Assembly: GCF_014280175.1 (NCBI RefSeq)
Contig: NZ_CP047931.1
Coordinates: 2,130,001 to 2,162,000, forward strand
Reading direction: 5' to 3'
DNA from: Synechococcus sp. A15-28
Lineage (GTDB): Bacteria; Cyanobacteriota; Cyanobacteriia; PCC-6307; Cyanobiaceae
Length of the DNA: 32,000 nucleotides
The position numbers were made by a program, and so were the translations under genes. Shown here piece by piece: positions 1 through 9,585 of the stretch. The notes under the pieces were generated by a model. That model had not been told where the DNA came from. It saw only the letters and a list, made by a program, of their open reading frames with translations, and made no database searches. The number at the start of each line of letters is the position of its first letter. The first letter of the stretch is position 1.

Positions 1-60
1 GTCTCTGCCCTGCATCGCCAATTCAGAGCGAAATCGTGAGGTTATAGATGATATATTGGA

Positions 61-816
61 TCAATACCGTGCCAACTCGGCGGTTGTGCTCACCACCCGA
101 ACCTGCTGAGTCGCGGTGACCACGCCATCGGGGTGCACCAGCATCAGGGCCCATGCCTGAATCCCCGGGCGTTGCGGTGCCTGCACCTGCTTGAACAAGC
201 CTCCGCCGCCGAGGGGAGCCAGCTGGATGGTGGGACGTTGCTGGTCGAGGCGCTGATCCGGCGTGAGTTCGATCAACCCTCCTGCCGCTACCGCCTGACC
301 CAAAGGCTCATCAAAGATGACATCGATGTCGTAGCGGCTGCCGGTGAGCACCGCGTCTGGGACCTGCACGGTGATAGGCAACGAAGCCGTGCCGCTGCGC
401 AACAGCGAGTGCTCATCGATCACCTCCTCCTCCAGCAACACACCGGCCTCGATCCGTCCGGCGAGGACCTGCGACGCCTCAAGCCGATAGTTCAGGCCAT
501 CAGCCTGCCTAGTACCACGCACGTTGACCCTCAGGCGGGAGCGGCCATCGGCCAGGGGATCCATCGCCTCGACACTCCAGCTGGCCTCCGGGAACGCAGC
601 GGATAAATCGTCATAACGACGCCGAATCGTGCTCTGGAGATCAGGCCCCGTGAGATGGAGCAGTCCTTCGGCATCGCGACTGTTGAGGGCCATCTCCAGG
701 CGACTCCCATACCCTGCCGCCGGGGATGGGGCCGCGACACTCGACGCCACCACCGGCAACGGCAGCGCCAACGCACACACCAGGCTCAGAAGGGCTGCTC
801 GCACTGAAGACCGCAC
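61..816 (-). CDS. hypothetical exported protein (251 aa)
   Basis: Complete ORF with N-terminal signal-like stretch MRSSVRAALLSLVCALALPLPVVASS; high coding quality; no family recognised. Confidence 0.75.
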   Translation of the reverse strand: MRSSVRAALLSLVCALALPLPVVASSVAAPSPAAGYGSRLEMALNSRDAEGLLHLTGPDLQSTIRRRYDDLSAAFPEASWSVEAMDPLADGRSRLRVNVRGTRQADGLNYRLEASQVLAGRIEAGVLLEEEVIDEHSLLRSGTASLPITVQVPDAVLTGSRYDIDVIFDEPLGQAVAAGGLIELTPDQRLDQQRPTIQLAPLGGGGLFKQVQAPQRPGIQAWALMLVHPDGVVTATQQVRVVSTTAELARY

Positions 817-874
817 CAGACCAACCCCGTCAATCGACCTAAGTTAGGCGCCACCAACGGGGACGTCCGCCGCC

Positions 875-1951
875 ATGACCCGGCTTCTGATCGCCGCCAG
901 CGGCACCGGCGGCCACCTGTTCCCGGCCCTGGCGGTGGCGGACTGTCTCGATGAGGGCTGGCAGGTGCGCTGGCTCGGTGTGCCGGACCGCCTCGAAACA
1001 CAGCTGGTGCCGGAACGTTTCCGGCTGATCACCGTTCAAGCCGGGGGCCTGCAGGGCAGCGGCTTGCGCAAGCTCTGGCAGCTACTGAGGCTGGTGGCGG
1101 CTGGCTTTCGGGTGCGGCGCCTGTTGAAACGTGAACGCACCCAGGTGGTGTTCACCACCGGCGGCTACATCGCAGCGCCGGCGATCCTCGCGGCTCGACT
1201 CTGCGGCATCCCCGCCGTTCTGCATGAAGCCAACGCCGTCCCCGGCCGCGTCACGCGACTGCTCGCCCGCTTCTGCACTGCCGTGGCCATCGGTCTGCCG
1301 GCGGCCTCAGAACGCATCCCCGGCTGCAGACCATTGCTCACAGGGATGCCGGTCCGCAGCAGCTTCCTCAACCCCCAACCGTTGCCGGACTGGGTGCCCA
1401 CTGGGGAGGGGCCGCTGCTGGTGGTGATCGGCGGCAGCCAGGGAGCGGTTGGCCTCAACCGCATGGTGCGAGCGGTCCTGCCGGAGCTGCTGGAGCAGGG
1501 CTGCCGGGTGGTGCACCTCACCGGCCGCAACGACCCCGAGGTGGGCCAGATGCAGCATCCGCTGCTGGCGGAGCGTTCCTTCAGCGATGAGATTCCAGGC
1601 CTGCTGCAACATGCCGACCTCGCCGTCAGCCGAGCTGGCGCCGGCAGCCTCAGCGAACTGGCGGTGTGCGGGACTCCCACCATCCTGGTGCCCTTCCCCC
1701 AGGCTGCGGATCAACACCAGGAGGCCAATGCCGCCTGCGCCGCTGAAGTTGGCGGGGCGGTGATCGTCCATCAGCACGCACCGGAGGAGCCGGTGCTGAT
1801 GCAAACGATTGAACGGCTGCTCGGGGCACGGCTCGGCCGCCCCCAGGCGGATCCCACCTTGCTTCCGACCATGCGCCGGGGCATGCAACACCTTGCGGTG
1901 CAGGACGCCGATCAACGGCTGATGGATCTGCTGCAAAGCCTTGTGGCCTGA
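875..1951 (+). CDS. murG: UDP-N-acetylglucosamine--N-acetylmuramyl-(pentapeptide) pyrophosphoryl-undecaprenol N-acetylglucosamine transferase
   Basis: MurG motifs [32 protein letters not shown] and [35 protein letters not shown]. Confidence 0.96.
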   Translation: MTRLLIAASGTGGHLFPALAVADCLDEGWQVRWLGVPDRLETQLVPERFRLITVQAGGLQGSGLRKLWQLLRLVAAGFRVRRLLKRERTQVVFTTGGYIAAPAILAARLCGIPAVLHEANAVPGRVTRLLARFCTAVAIGLPAASERIPGCRPLLTGMPVRSSFLNPQPLPDWVPTGEGPLLVVIGGSQGAVGLNRMVRAVLPELLEQGCRVVHLTGRNDPEVGQMQHPLLAERSFSDEIPGLLQHADLAVSRAGAGSLSELAVCGTPTILVPFPQAADQHQEANAACAAEVGGAVIVHQHAPEEPVLMQTIERLLGARLGRPQADPTLLPTMRRGMQHLAVQDADQRLMDLLQSLVA

Positions 1952-1953
1952 AC

Positions 1954-3030
1954 TCAGTGCTGGGGAGCACGCTGCAGCTCCCGCCGCAGGGCGCGAACGA
2001 TGCGGCGGTTGTTCCAACGGGACTGCAGGCCGATCCGCAGCCAACACTCCCCCAGACCGGCGAAGGATCGACAATCCCGCAACAGAATCCGATGGCGCTT
2101 TTCAAGCGCTTCGCGCAGGGGCACCTGGGAGGTCTCACTGCGGATGAGCAGATAGTTCGCCGCCGACGGCATGGCGCAGATCCCGGGCAGGGCAGCCAAC
2201 TGCCGCTGCATCCAGACCCCCTCCGTTGCCGTCCAACGCTGCACGCGCTCACACCAGCGTCGGTAATGCCGAGGAGATGCCAACAACCGTTCGCCAACAG
2301 CTAAAGCAATGCCATTCACCGGCCAGGGGTCACGCCATGCCGCCCAGCGCTGCAACCGCTCGGGCTGTGCAACGGCATAGCCCAGACGCAGCCCGGCGAT
2401 GCCATACAGCTTGGTGAGGCTGCGGATCACCACCAGGTTGGGGTGGTGCTGCACCAGCGGAATCAGCGACTGCCGCTCGCCATCGGGCACCAACGGCAGG
2501 AAGGCTTCATCGCAGATCACCAGCGAATAGCGCTCGAGCAGTGGTACGAGCGACTCACAACTCCACAACTGGCCTGTGGGGTTGTGAGGGTTGCAGATCC
2601 AGAGCACTTCAGCCTGGCTTGGCTTCGGCAGGGGCTGGGGAGCATCAGCGCACCAGTCCAGCGGCAGCTGCTGACCCATCCAGGGCCCATCCCAGCAACC
2701 GAGGGCTCGGCTGTAGTCAGCGAAACCAGGAGATGGCAGCAGACTCAACCCCGTTCCAGCTGCATCACGCGCAGCCCAGGTGAACAGTTCTGCGGCCCCG
2801 TTACCCGGCAACAACATCGCACCGGGAACGGCGTGCAACCGCGCCAGGTTGCGACGCAAACCACTGAGATGACGATCGGGGTAGTCACGAATGAGTGATC
2901 GCCTCAGCGGCGGCAGACGGGGGGTCCAGGGCACCAGAGATGCGCTGGCATCCAGCAGATCTGAGGGTCGACAGCCAAGGCGCGCTGCAATCGAAGCCCG
3001 GTTGCCGCCGTGACGGTGCTCGACGTCCAT
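1954..3030 (-). CDS. PLP-dependent class I/II aminotransferase (HisC/CobD-like, threonine-phosphate decarboxylase family)
   Basis: LLPGNGAAELFTWAAR, WICNPHNPTGQLW, VVIRSLTKLYGIAGLRLGYAVA. The track start at 3138 is probably too early; the internal Met (MDVEHRHGGNRASIAARLG) at 3030 matches family starts. Confidence 0.85.
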   Translation of the reverse strand: MDVEHRHGGNRASIAARLGCRPSDLLDASASLVPWTPRLPPLRRSLIRDYPDRHLSGLRRNLARLHAVPGAMLLPGNGAAELFTWAARDAAGTGLSLLPSPGFADYSRALGCWDGPWMGQQLPLDWCADAPQPLPKPSQAEVLWICNPHNPTGQLWSCESLVPLLERYSLVICDEAFLPLVPDGERQSLIPLVQHHPNLVVIRSLTKLYGIAGLRLGYAVAQPERLQRWAAWRDPWPVNGIALAVGERLLASPRHYRRWCERVQRWTATEGVWMQRQLAALPGICAMPSAANYLLIRSETSQVPLREALEKRHRILLRDCRSFAGLGECWLRIGLQSRWNNRRIVRALRRELQRAPQH

Positions 3031-3082
3031 CCCGACTCCCGATGAACTCAAGCAGCCAATTTTTAAGTATGCCAATTGACTC

Positions 3083-4285
3083 TTAAACCCCTGAACAGCC
3101 TTCCGCATCGTCTGAAGCGGCCAGCCAGGGCAAACCACTGCCCACCGCCTCCGAGATGGTCCTCAAACCATGGCGGTCCATCTGCATCTGGAGCCCCTCA
3201 AGAATCTGAGGCACCAGATCAGGCCCTTTGAAAATCCAGCCCGTATAGAGCTGGACCAATGAGGCTCCAGCGGTGATCCGCTCCCAGGCGATCTCAGCCG
3301 AATCGATGCCTCCAACACCGATCAGCGTCAGGGCCGGCCCGGCACTGACCCGCAGGCGGCGGATCACTTCAAGTGCCCGTTGCCGCAGGGGCGCTCCACT
3401 GAGCCCCCCCGCTTCCTGTGCCAGGGTGCGGCCGGTCTGCAGCAGCCGACGCTGCTCCAGCCCCAGGCGATCCAGGCTTGTGTTCACCGCGATCACCCCA
3501 GCCAAGCCCTCCTCGAAGGCCAGGCGAGCGATGCCATCAATCGCCTCATCCTCCAGATCTGGAGCGATCTTCACCAGCAATGGCGGACAGGCCGGCAAGC
3601 GCCGCAGTCGCTCCACCAGCCGCCGCAACTGACTGGAGTCCTGCAGATCCCGCAGTCCAGGGGTGTTTGGGGAACTCACATTAATCACGGCGTAGTCCGC
3701 CGAGGGAGCCAGCAGCTCCAGCGAGGAGGCGTAATCCTCCGGGGCCTGTTCCAGCGCGGTGACCTTGGATTTGCCCACGTTGATTCCCAGCACCGCCGGG
3801 CGGCGGCCGGGGGGATCCAGCCGTTGCCGTTCCAGGGTTCTGCGCAACGCCTGGGCCCCGTCGTTGTTGAAGCCCATGCGATTCAGGGCCGCCTGTTCCT
3901 CGGCCAGACGAAACAAACGGGGGCGGGGATTGCCGGGCTGGCCATGCCAGGTGACGGTGCCCACCTCCGCAAAGCCGAACCCGAAGCGATCCCAGAGACC
4001 GGCCGCCACACCGTTCTTGTCGAAACCGGCCGCCAGACCCACCGGATTGGGGAAACGACAACCGAACAACACCTGCTCGAGGCGCAGATCACGCCGCTGC
4101 AGATCACCGGCAAGGCCCTCCAGCACCGTGGACACCAGGGGCCATTGACGCCTCAGCGACGCCTGTCCCAGAGCGGTCAGTGCTGTCTGCGAGAGCTGCT
4201 CTGCATCCAGTCCTTCGTCATTGGCCAACACCGGCCCCAGCCAGCGCTGGTAGAACTCGCCGCTGCTGAGAGGGGATGGCGGCAT
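3083..4285 (-). CDS. pyrD: dihydroorotate dehydrogenase (quinone), class 2
   Basis: [86 protein letters not shown]. Confidence 0.97.
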   Translation of the reverse strand: MPPSPLSSGEFYQRWLGPVLANDEGLDAEQLSQTALTALGQASLRRQWPLVSTVLEGLAGDLQRRDLRLEQVLFGCRFPNPVGLAAGFDKNGVAAGLWDRFGFGFAEVGTVTWHGQPGNPRPRLFRLAEEQAALNRMGFNNDGAQALRRTLERQRLDPPGRRPAVLGINVGKSKVTALEQAPEDYASSLELLAPSADYAVINVSSPNTPGLRDLQDSSQLRRLVERLRRLPACPPLLVKIAPDLEDEAIDGIARLAFEEGLAGVIAVNTSLDRLGLEQRRLLQTGRTLAQEAGGLSGAPLRQRALEVIRRLRVSAGPALTLIGVGGIDSAEIAWERITAGASLVQLYTGWIFKGPDLVPQILEGLQMQMDRHGLRTISEAVGSGLPWLAASDDAEGCSGV

Positions 4286-4294
4286 GGCGATCGC

Positions 4295-5035
4295 TCAGGA
4301 CTGTTCTGATCCTGCCTCGCGACGCTGCAGGGTCCAGCGCCCCTCTTCAGCTGGGCGCACCTGCCAGTCCCGCCAGAACCACGGCTCCTGACGGCGCTCG
4401 AGCTGCTTCAACGGCAGTTCCACAAGCTGCGCCAGCTCCAACAGGCTGAGGCTGAAGCCCCCATCCGCCAGACGATCCGCCAGCTCCAGGCGGCTTAACA
4501 ACTGCACCAGCTGTTGTGGTGCTGGATCGTCATCGGCCACCTCCGCATCACCCTCAACAGATGGCTGCCCGAGATCCATAAGGCGACCCTGGGAAAAAGC
4601 GACTGCGATCCGGTCCACCCGATCGTTGTCCGGATCACCGCTGTGGCCTTTCACATAGGCCAACGGCACATCATCCAGCCGGGCTGCGTCCAGAGATTTC
4701 CAGAGATCCTGGTTCAGCACAGGCTTGCCGGCCGCTGTCTTCCAGCCCTTGCGCTTCCAGCCCTTGATCCAGGAGCCAAGTCCATCGATCAGGTATTTGC
4801 TGTCGGTGCGCAGGGTGAGATCGGGATGCCGCGGAAGGTCCTTCAACCGCTGCAGCAGCTCCAACGCCGCCTGCAGTTCCATGCGGTTGTTGGTCGTCGC
4901 CGGGTCATGACCGCCGAATTCCTCGACACTGCCGTCTTCAAAGCGCAGCAGGCCTCCCCAGCCCCCTGGGCCCGGATTACCACTGCAGGCTCCATCGGTG
5001 GCAGCAGCCACCACCCGGCCCCGTCCTTCAGCCAT
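4295..5035 (-). CDS. rnhA: ribonuclease HI with C-terminal extension
   Basis: [74 protein letters not shown]. The Met at 5035 ([15 protein letters not shown]) is preferred over the track start at 5083. Confidence 0.93.
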   Translation of the reverse strand: MAEGRGRVVAAATDGACSGNPGPGGWGGLLRFEDGSVEEFGGHDPATTNNRMELQAALELLQRLKDLPRHPDLTLRTDSKYLIDGLGSWIKGWKRKGWKTAAGKPVLNQDLWKSLDAARLDDVPLAYVKGHSGDPDNDRVDRIAVAFSQGRLMDLGQPSVEGDAEVADDDPAPQQLVQLLSRLELADRLADGGFSLSLLELAQLVELPLKQLERRQEPWFWRDWQVRPAEEGRWTLQRREAGSEQS

Positions 5036-5085
5036 TGCTCCCCCTGGGCTGGTTTCGATACAACGTGGTTTCTCGCAGGCCACTG

Positions 5086-5784
5086 ATGCGGCGAACTTAC
5101 TTCCGCAGCCTGATCCTGGCCGCAGTCCTTTGCGGCACCGCGGGGTGGTTGCCAGCGGCTCAATCCGCCCGCGGCCTGTTCGACAGCAAGGCGCTGCAGC
5201 AGAACCGCTTTGCGGTGCTGGCTCAGCCGGTGGGACAGCGCAACTGGAAGCTGTTGGTGCTGGAGCAGATCAAGCAACGACCCCGCTGCTGGACACTGCG
5301 ATCGGACGGTCTGGTGGATCCGACCCTCAACACCTTCAACTTCGCCGGGATCTGCAGCCGTTACCTCGACAGCAATGGCTATTCCCTTCGCAGCGGTGGT
5401 GAGGACCTTGGCAGCCGCTTTCGGCTGAGCCTGCGGCAGAGCGGCAACAATCTGCAGTTGCAGGCCCTCAACCCACGCCAGGGAGCTCCCATCGTGGTCG
5501 GCCGAGTCACGATCCCAAAGCGGGATCGCAACGGCTTCGTTCAGATTCGGCTGGATCCAGCCTGGCGCCTGGAACGACGGGTCTACAAAGGCCGCACCCT
5601 CAGCCACGTCTATTTCGCCCATCCAGACCCGGTGAACCGGCTCCTGGCCCGGGCGGAGCAAGGAAGTGACAGCGGATTCAGCCGGCTGGGGGCCCCAACG
5701 GCACCGATGGCACCAAGACGTAACCAACGCGTGGCCAGTAATGGGCAACCCATTCAGCTGGAGGTCATTCCGTACCGCCCCTGA
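5086..5784 (+). CDS. hypothetical secreted/lipoprotein-like protein
   Basis: ORF from [27 protein letters not shown], a signal peptide-like N terminus, through the stop at 5784. Confidence 0.75.
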   Translation: MRRTYFRSLILAAVLCGTAGWLPAAQSARGLFDSKALQQNRFAVLAQPVGQRNWKLLVLEQIKQRPRCWTLRSDGLVDPTLNTFNFAGICSRYLDSNGYSLRSGGEDLGSRFRLSLRQSGNNLQLQALNPRQGAPIVVGRVTIPKRDRNGFVQIRLDPAWRLERRVYKGRTLSHVYFAHPDPVNRLLARAEQGSDSGFSRLGAPTAPMAPRRNQRVASNGQPIQLEVIPYRP

Positions 5785-5931
5785 CGTGACCAACTGTCAC
5801 AGTGACAGTCGGCAGGCTGACCTGCCAGGATGTGAGATACCTTGACCTGCACTTAGGTTTTATTTGTGTGAGGAGTGCAGAGCATCTCTTCAGGGTCGAA
5901 ACAAGGACAGACTCCTGAACGTGTTCCACTT

Positions 5932-5965
5932 AAAAAAGCCCCTGCCTTAGGCGGGGGTTTTTTAT
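5932..5965 (+). terminator. strong, potentially bidirectional rho-independent terminator
   Basis: AAAAAAG-CCCCTGCC-TTA-GGCGGGGG-TTTTTT; 8-bp stem (one G-U) flanked by A and T tracts, between convergent genes. Confidence 0.85.
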
Positions 5966-6058
5966 TGCCATGTCGAGGCAGCAAAAAGCTGGCCTTTGAA
6001 GACCGGCTTTGTTGGTCTTGAAAAAGTTGGTCGGGCCGGCAAAACCTGCCCGATGGGA

Positions 6059-6451
6059 TCACTTGAGAGTGACCTTGCCACCCACTTCTTCGATCTCTTT
6101 CTTGAGAGCTTCGGCTTCGTCTTTGGAAATGCCTTCCTTGACGGGCTTGGGGGCAGCCTCCACCAGAGCCTTGGCGTCGCCAAGACCCAGGCCGGTGGCG
6201 TTGCGCACAGCCTTGAGCACCTTGATTTTGGCTGCAGCGTCGAAGCTTTCGAGGATGACGTCGAATTCGGTCTGTTCCTCGGCGGCTTCACCACCACCGG
6301 CGGCAGGAGCGCCGGGGGCAGCCATCACGACGCCGGCGGACGCGGCGGCTGACACACCGAAGGCCTCCTCGATCTGCTTGACCAGCTCGGAAGCTTCCAG
6401 CAGAGAAAGGGACTTCAGTGATTCGAGAATTTCGTCGGTTTTTGCAGACAT
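6059..6451 (-). CDS. rplL: 50S ribosomal protein L7/L12
   Basis: [21 protein letters not shown]...[72 protein letters not shown]. Confidence 0.98.
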   Translation of the reverse strand: MSAKTDEILESLKSLSLLEASELVKQIEEAFGVSAAASAGVVMAAPGAPAAGGGEAAEEQTEFDVILESFDAAAKIKVLKAVRNATGLGLGDAKALVEAAPKPVKEGISKDEAEALKKEIEEVGGKVTLK

Positions 6452-6507
6452 GGTTGTGAATGAAGAAGCAACAGATCAGTGAAACCAGTGATGTCGGCAG
6501 AGAGCGC

Positions 6508-7035
6508 TCAGCTATCGCCGCCTTCGGCGTGCTGCTTGAGCGCCCGCGCGAGACCGGAGGGAACCTCGTTGATGCCCACAGCAACCTTCGTGGCCACGGC
6601 GTTGATCGCACCGGCGATCTGTGCCATGAGCTGCTCCTTGGAGGGGAGATCGGCGATGGCCTTGATCTCGTCCTGAGAGAGAAGCTTGCCTTCGAAAAGG
6701 CCGCCCTTGGTTTCGGACTTTTTGGTCTCCTTCTGGAAAGCCTGAACGGCTTTCACACCGGCACCGACATCGCCCTTGATTAGAACGAAGGCGTTGGTGC
6801 CTGTGAGAAGAGAGTCGAGATTCGACCAGGCGTTGTCACCATCGATGGCACGGCGCATCAAGGTGTTTTTGGTCACCTTGCACACCGCGTTGCCAGCCCG
6901 CAGACGATCCCGCAGGTCGGACATTTCCTTGATGGAGAGGCCCTTGTAATCAAGAACCAGCGCCAGTTCGGACTCGGCGAGGAGCTCCTTGAGCTCTCCG
7001 ACGATCTGCTGCTTGCTCTCCAGCGTGCGGCCCAT
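6508..7035 (-). CDS. rplJ: 50S ribosomal protein L10
   Basis: [19 protein letters not shown]...[21 protein letters not shown]...[13 protein letters not shown]. Confidence 0.97.
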   Translation of the reverse strand: MGRTLESKQQIVGELKELLAESELALVLDYKGLSIKEMSDLRDRLRAGNAVCKVTKNTLMRRAIDGDNAWSNLDSLLTGTNAFVLIKGDVGAGVKAVQAFQKETKKSETKGGLFEGKLLSQDEIKAIADLPSKEQLMAQIAGAINAVATKVAVGINEVPSGLARALKQHAEGGDS

Positions 7036-7036
7036 A

Positions 7037-7246
7037 GGGATTGGATCGGATCGAGGGGGAACAAGCTGGACACACGGCCGATCGAGTCTTCGAAGAAGAC
7101 GAGGCCGCGTGTCGATCCAATCCCGAATGGGAGAAAAATCGTGTCGCGTCTGCCTCGGCAGGGATTACATCGACTGGCCCGTCAAAGACGGGCCTTGAAT
7201 TCCTGCTGTCTCTGGCCGGGCGCGTGCCCGATTTGGCAATTGCCAA
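7037..7246 (-). promoter_or_regulatory. structured 5' leader of rplJ-rplL (candidate L10-leader-like autoregulatory element)
   Basis: Several nested or adjacent perfect inverted repeats: 7037-7047/7114-7124, 7086-7100, 7176-7194, 7217-7230, 7233-7246. Confidence 0.55.
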
Positions 7247-7271
7247 TGTTTGAGTGTAAACGAGAGCCGGC

Positions 7272-7979
7272 TCAGCTCCCTTGCTCAATGTCCTGGAGGG
7301 CAGAGAAGTCCACTTCCACGGACGGACCCATGGTGGAGGTCACATACAGAGACTTCCAGTAGCGGCCCTTGGCACCGCTGGGCTTGTTGCGGTCGATGGT
7401 CTCCTGCAGGGTCTTGAGGTTCTGGAGGAGAGCCTCGGCGGTGAAGCTGGCTTTACCGAAACGCACGTGCACGATGCCGGTGCGATCTGCCCTGAATTCC
7501 AGTTTGCCGGCCTTGAATTCCTGGATGGCAGCCGCCAGATCCGTGGTCACGGTGCCGGCCTTGGGGTTCGGCATCAGACCCCGGGGTCCCAGCACGCGAC
7601 CGAGCTTGGCCACCTTGGGCATCATGTCCGGTGTGGCGATCAGCAGGTCGAAATCCATCTCACCTTTGGCGATGGTCTCCACCAGGTCTTCGTCGCCGGC
7701 GAGTTCAGCCCCCGCCGCCTTGGCCTCGGCGACCTTCTCACCGCGGGTCACCACCGCGATGCGAACGGTCTGACCGGTGCCATTGGGCAGCGCCACGGTG
7801 GTGCGCAGCTGCTGGTCGGTGTATTTGGGATCGATGCCGAGGCGCACGTGGGCCTCCATCGTTTCGTCGAACTTGGCGTTGGCGTTGTCCTTGACCAGGG
7901 CAATCGCCTCGAGGGGTTCGTAGAGACGATCCTCGATCTTGCCGGCGAGGCTCGCCAGGCGTTTTGAGAGGGTTGGCAT
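7272..7979 (-). CDS. rplA: 50S ribosomal protein L1
   Basis: [11 protein letters not shown]...[36 protein letters not shown]...[20 protein letters not shown]. Confidence 0.98.
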   Translation of the reverse strand: MPTLSKRLASLAGKIEDRLYEPLEAIALVKDNANAKFDETMEAHVRLGIDPKYTDQQLRTTVALPNGTGQTVRIAVVTRGEKVAEAKAAGAELAGDEDLVETIAKGEMDFDLLIATPDMMPKVAKLGRVLGPRGLMPNPKAGTVTTDLAAAIQEFKAGKLEFRADRTGIVHVRFGKASFTAEALLQNLKTLQETIDRNKPSGAKGRYWKSLYVTSTMGPSVEVDFSALQDIEQGS

Positions 7980-8051
7980 AACAGGATTGGGGTACGGACG
8001 ACATCAGCGATGTCTCCCCCGGTAAGGGTTGAAGAATGAAGCGGCGACGAT

Positions 8052-8477
8052 TCAGTCGCTGATGGAAACGCCCATGTTGCGGGCGGTTCCTTCGATGATC
8101 CGCATGGCGGACTCGACGCTGGTGCAATTGAGATCAGGAAGCTTGGTCTTGGCGATCTCCTCGAGCTGGGCCCGGTTGATCGATCCGACATTGCCCTTGG
8201 CGGACTCGCCGGAACCTTTCTCGATCTTGGCGGCCTTGGTGATCAGCACCGACGCTGGAGGCGTCTTGGTGATGAAGGTGAAGCTGCGGTCTTCGTAGAC
8301 CGAGATCTCCACCGGGATCACAAAACCGGCTTTGTCCTGCGTCCGAGCGTTGTACTCCTTGCAGAACATCATGATGTTCACACCGTGCTGACCGAGGGCT
8401 GGGCCCACCGGTGGTGCAGGGTTGGCTTTGCCGGCCTGAAGGGCCAGCTTGATAACTGCGGTGACTTTCTTGGCCAT
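8052..8477 (-). CDS. rplK: 50S ribosomal protein L11
   Basis: [46 protein letters not shown]. Confidence 0.98.
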   Translation of the reverse strand: MAKKVTAVIKLALQAGKANPAPPVGPALGQHGVNIMMFCKEYNARTQDKAGFVIPVEISVYEDRSFTFITKTPPASVLITKAAKIEKGSGESAKGNVGSINRAQLEEIAKTKLPDLNCTSVESAMRIIEGTARNMGVSISD

Positions 8478-8584
8478 TGACGAACGGCTTTTGACATCTG
8501 CGGATCACCAGGCCCGTGGGCCGAGTGGGGCAGGGTGAAAATCACCCCTGAGGCCGCCCTCCGCAGGGAAGCGGCCGCCGCTGG

Positions 8585-9253
8585 TCAGTTCTGCTTGGAG
8601 ATCTGTGAGAACTCCAGTTCCACAGGAGTTTCACGACCAAAAATGGACAACAGGGCCTTGAGCTTGTTGCGCTCTCCCGAGACCTCGATCACCTCGCCCT
8701 GGAAATCCTTGAACGGACCAGCGGTCACAAGGATCTGATCACCCTCGGCGAGATCCACCTTGACCACGGTTTTCTTCTCGGCCGCACGCTTGAAGATCCG
8801 ATCGACTTCCGCGCGGCTGAGGGGGCGCGGCTTGATATGGCCACGAGCCTTGCCCGTGGCGCGACGATCCTCCGCCCCAACGAAGTTGATCACGTTTGGC
8901 GTGCTGCGGACCGCCATCATCGTGTCCTCATCGAGAACCATCCGCACCAGCACGTAACCCGGGAAAACCTTTTCTTCAGTGGACTGGCGGGAACCGTCCT
9001 TTTTCAACTTGACCGCTGGGGTCTGCGGGATCTCGATCTCGAGGATGCGCTTGCTCACCCCCAGCGTGATCGCCCGCTGCTCCAGGGTCGCCTTCACTTT
9101 CTTCTCGCAGCTGGAGGCCACCTGAACCGCATACCAGCGCGCAATCGCGGTGTTGGCGGCCGGAGTGTCCGACAGCGTGCCCTCTTCACCCTCATTCGGG
9201 GCCGGCAGGTCGCGCACCTCGGAGGGGTCCGTTGTGGTCAGATCGTCGGGCAC
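8585..9253 (-). CDS. nusG: transcription termination/antitermination protein NusG
   Basis: ARWYAVQVASSCEKKVKATLEQR...EEKVFPGYVLVRMVLDEDTMMAVRSTPNVINFVG...GDQILVTAGPFKDFQGEVIEV. Confidence 0.96.
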   Translation of the reverse strand: MPDDLTTTDPSEVRDLPAPNEGEEGTLSDTPAANTAIARWYAVQVASSCEKKVKATLEQRAITLGVSKRILEIEIPQTPAVKLKKDGSRQSTEEKVFPGYVLVRMVLDEDTMMAVRSTPNVINFVGAEDRRATGKARGHIKPRPLSRAEVDRIFKRAAEKKTVVKVDLAEGDQILVTAGPFKDFQGEVIEVSGERNKLKALLSIFGRETPVELEFSQISKQN

Positions 9254-9272
9254 GGCTGAAAAGGGGTGCGGA

Positions 9273-9563
9273 TCAGCGGAACACCTGGGATGACGCCCAT
9301 CCGAAGAAGCGACTGACGGCGGCGATGCCGGCGGCCGACAGACTCACCATCAGGATCACAGCGATCGACTCGCTGAACAGCTGCTGACGGCTGGGCCAGA
9401 CCACAAGCTTGAGTTCATCGACCGTGGCCGGCAGAAAACCGCGGGGTGCGGCTGGCTCTGCTGGGGTGGTGTCAGGACTCTTGGTTGAGGTGTCCTCGGA
9501 AATCGGGCTGGTCACGGAAGGGGGACCGGGAGTTGACAGGGATGCCGGCAGGCACACTGCCAA
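9273..9563 (-). CDS. secE: preprotein translocase subunit SecE
   Basis: FLPATVDELKLVVWPSRQQLFSESIAVILMVSLSAAGIAAV; canonical position upstream of nusG. The exact start is uncertain. Confidence 0.88.
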   Translation of the reverse strand: MAVCLPASLSTPGPPSVTSPISEDTSTKSPDTTPAEPAAPRGFLPATVDELKLVVWPSRQQLFSESIAVILMVSLSAAGIAAVSRFFGWASSQVFR

Positions 9564-9585
9564 ACGAACACCCTACTGGATGCCC

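Noticed and set aside
5830-5890. Canonical Yfr1 gene on the minus strand
   Set aside because: The ACTCCTCACAC motif is present, but the expected flanking stem-loop plus immediate 3' terminator are not, and my recollection places Yfr1 elsewhere. It is kept only as a complementarity/target finding.
7281-7967. 228-aa plus-strand ORF
   Set aside because: Antisense to rplA; composition is that of a shadow ORF.
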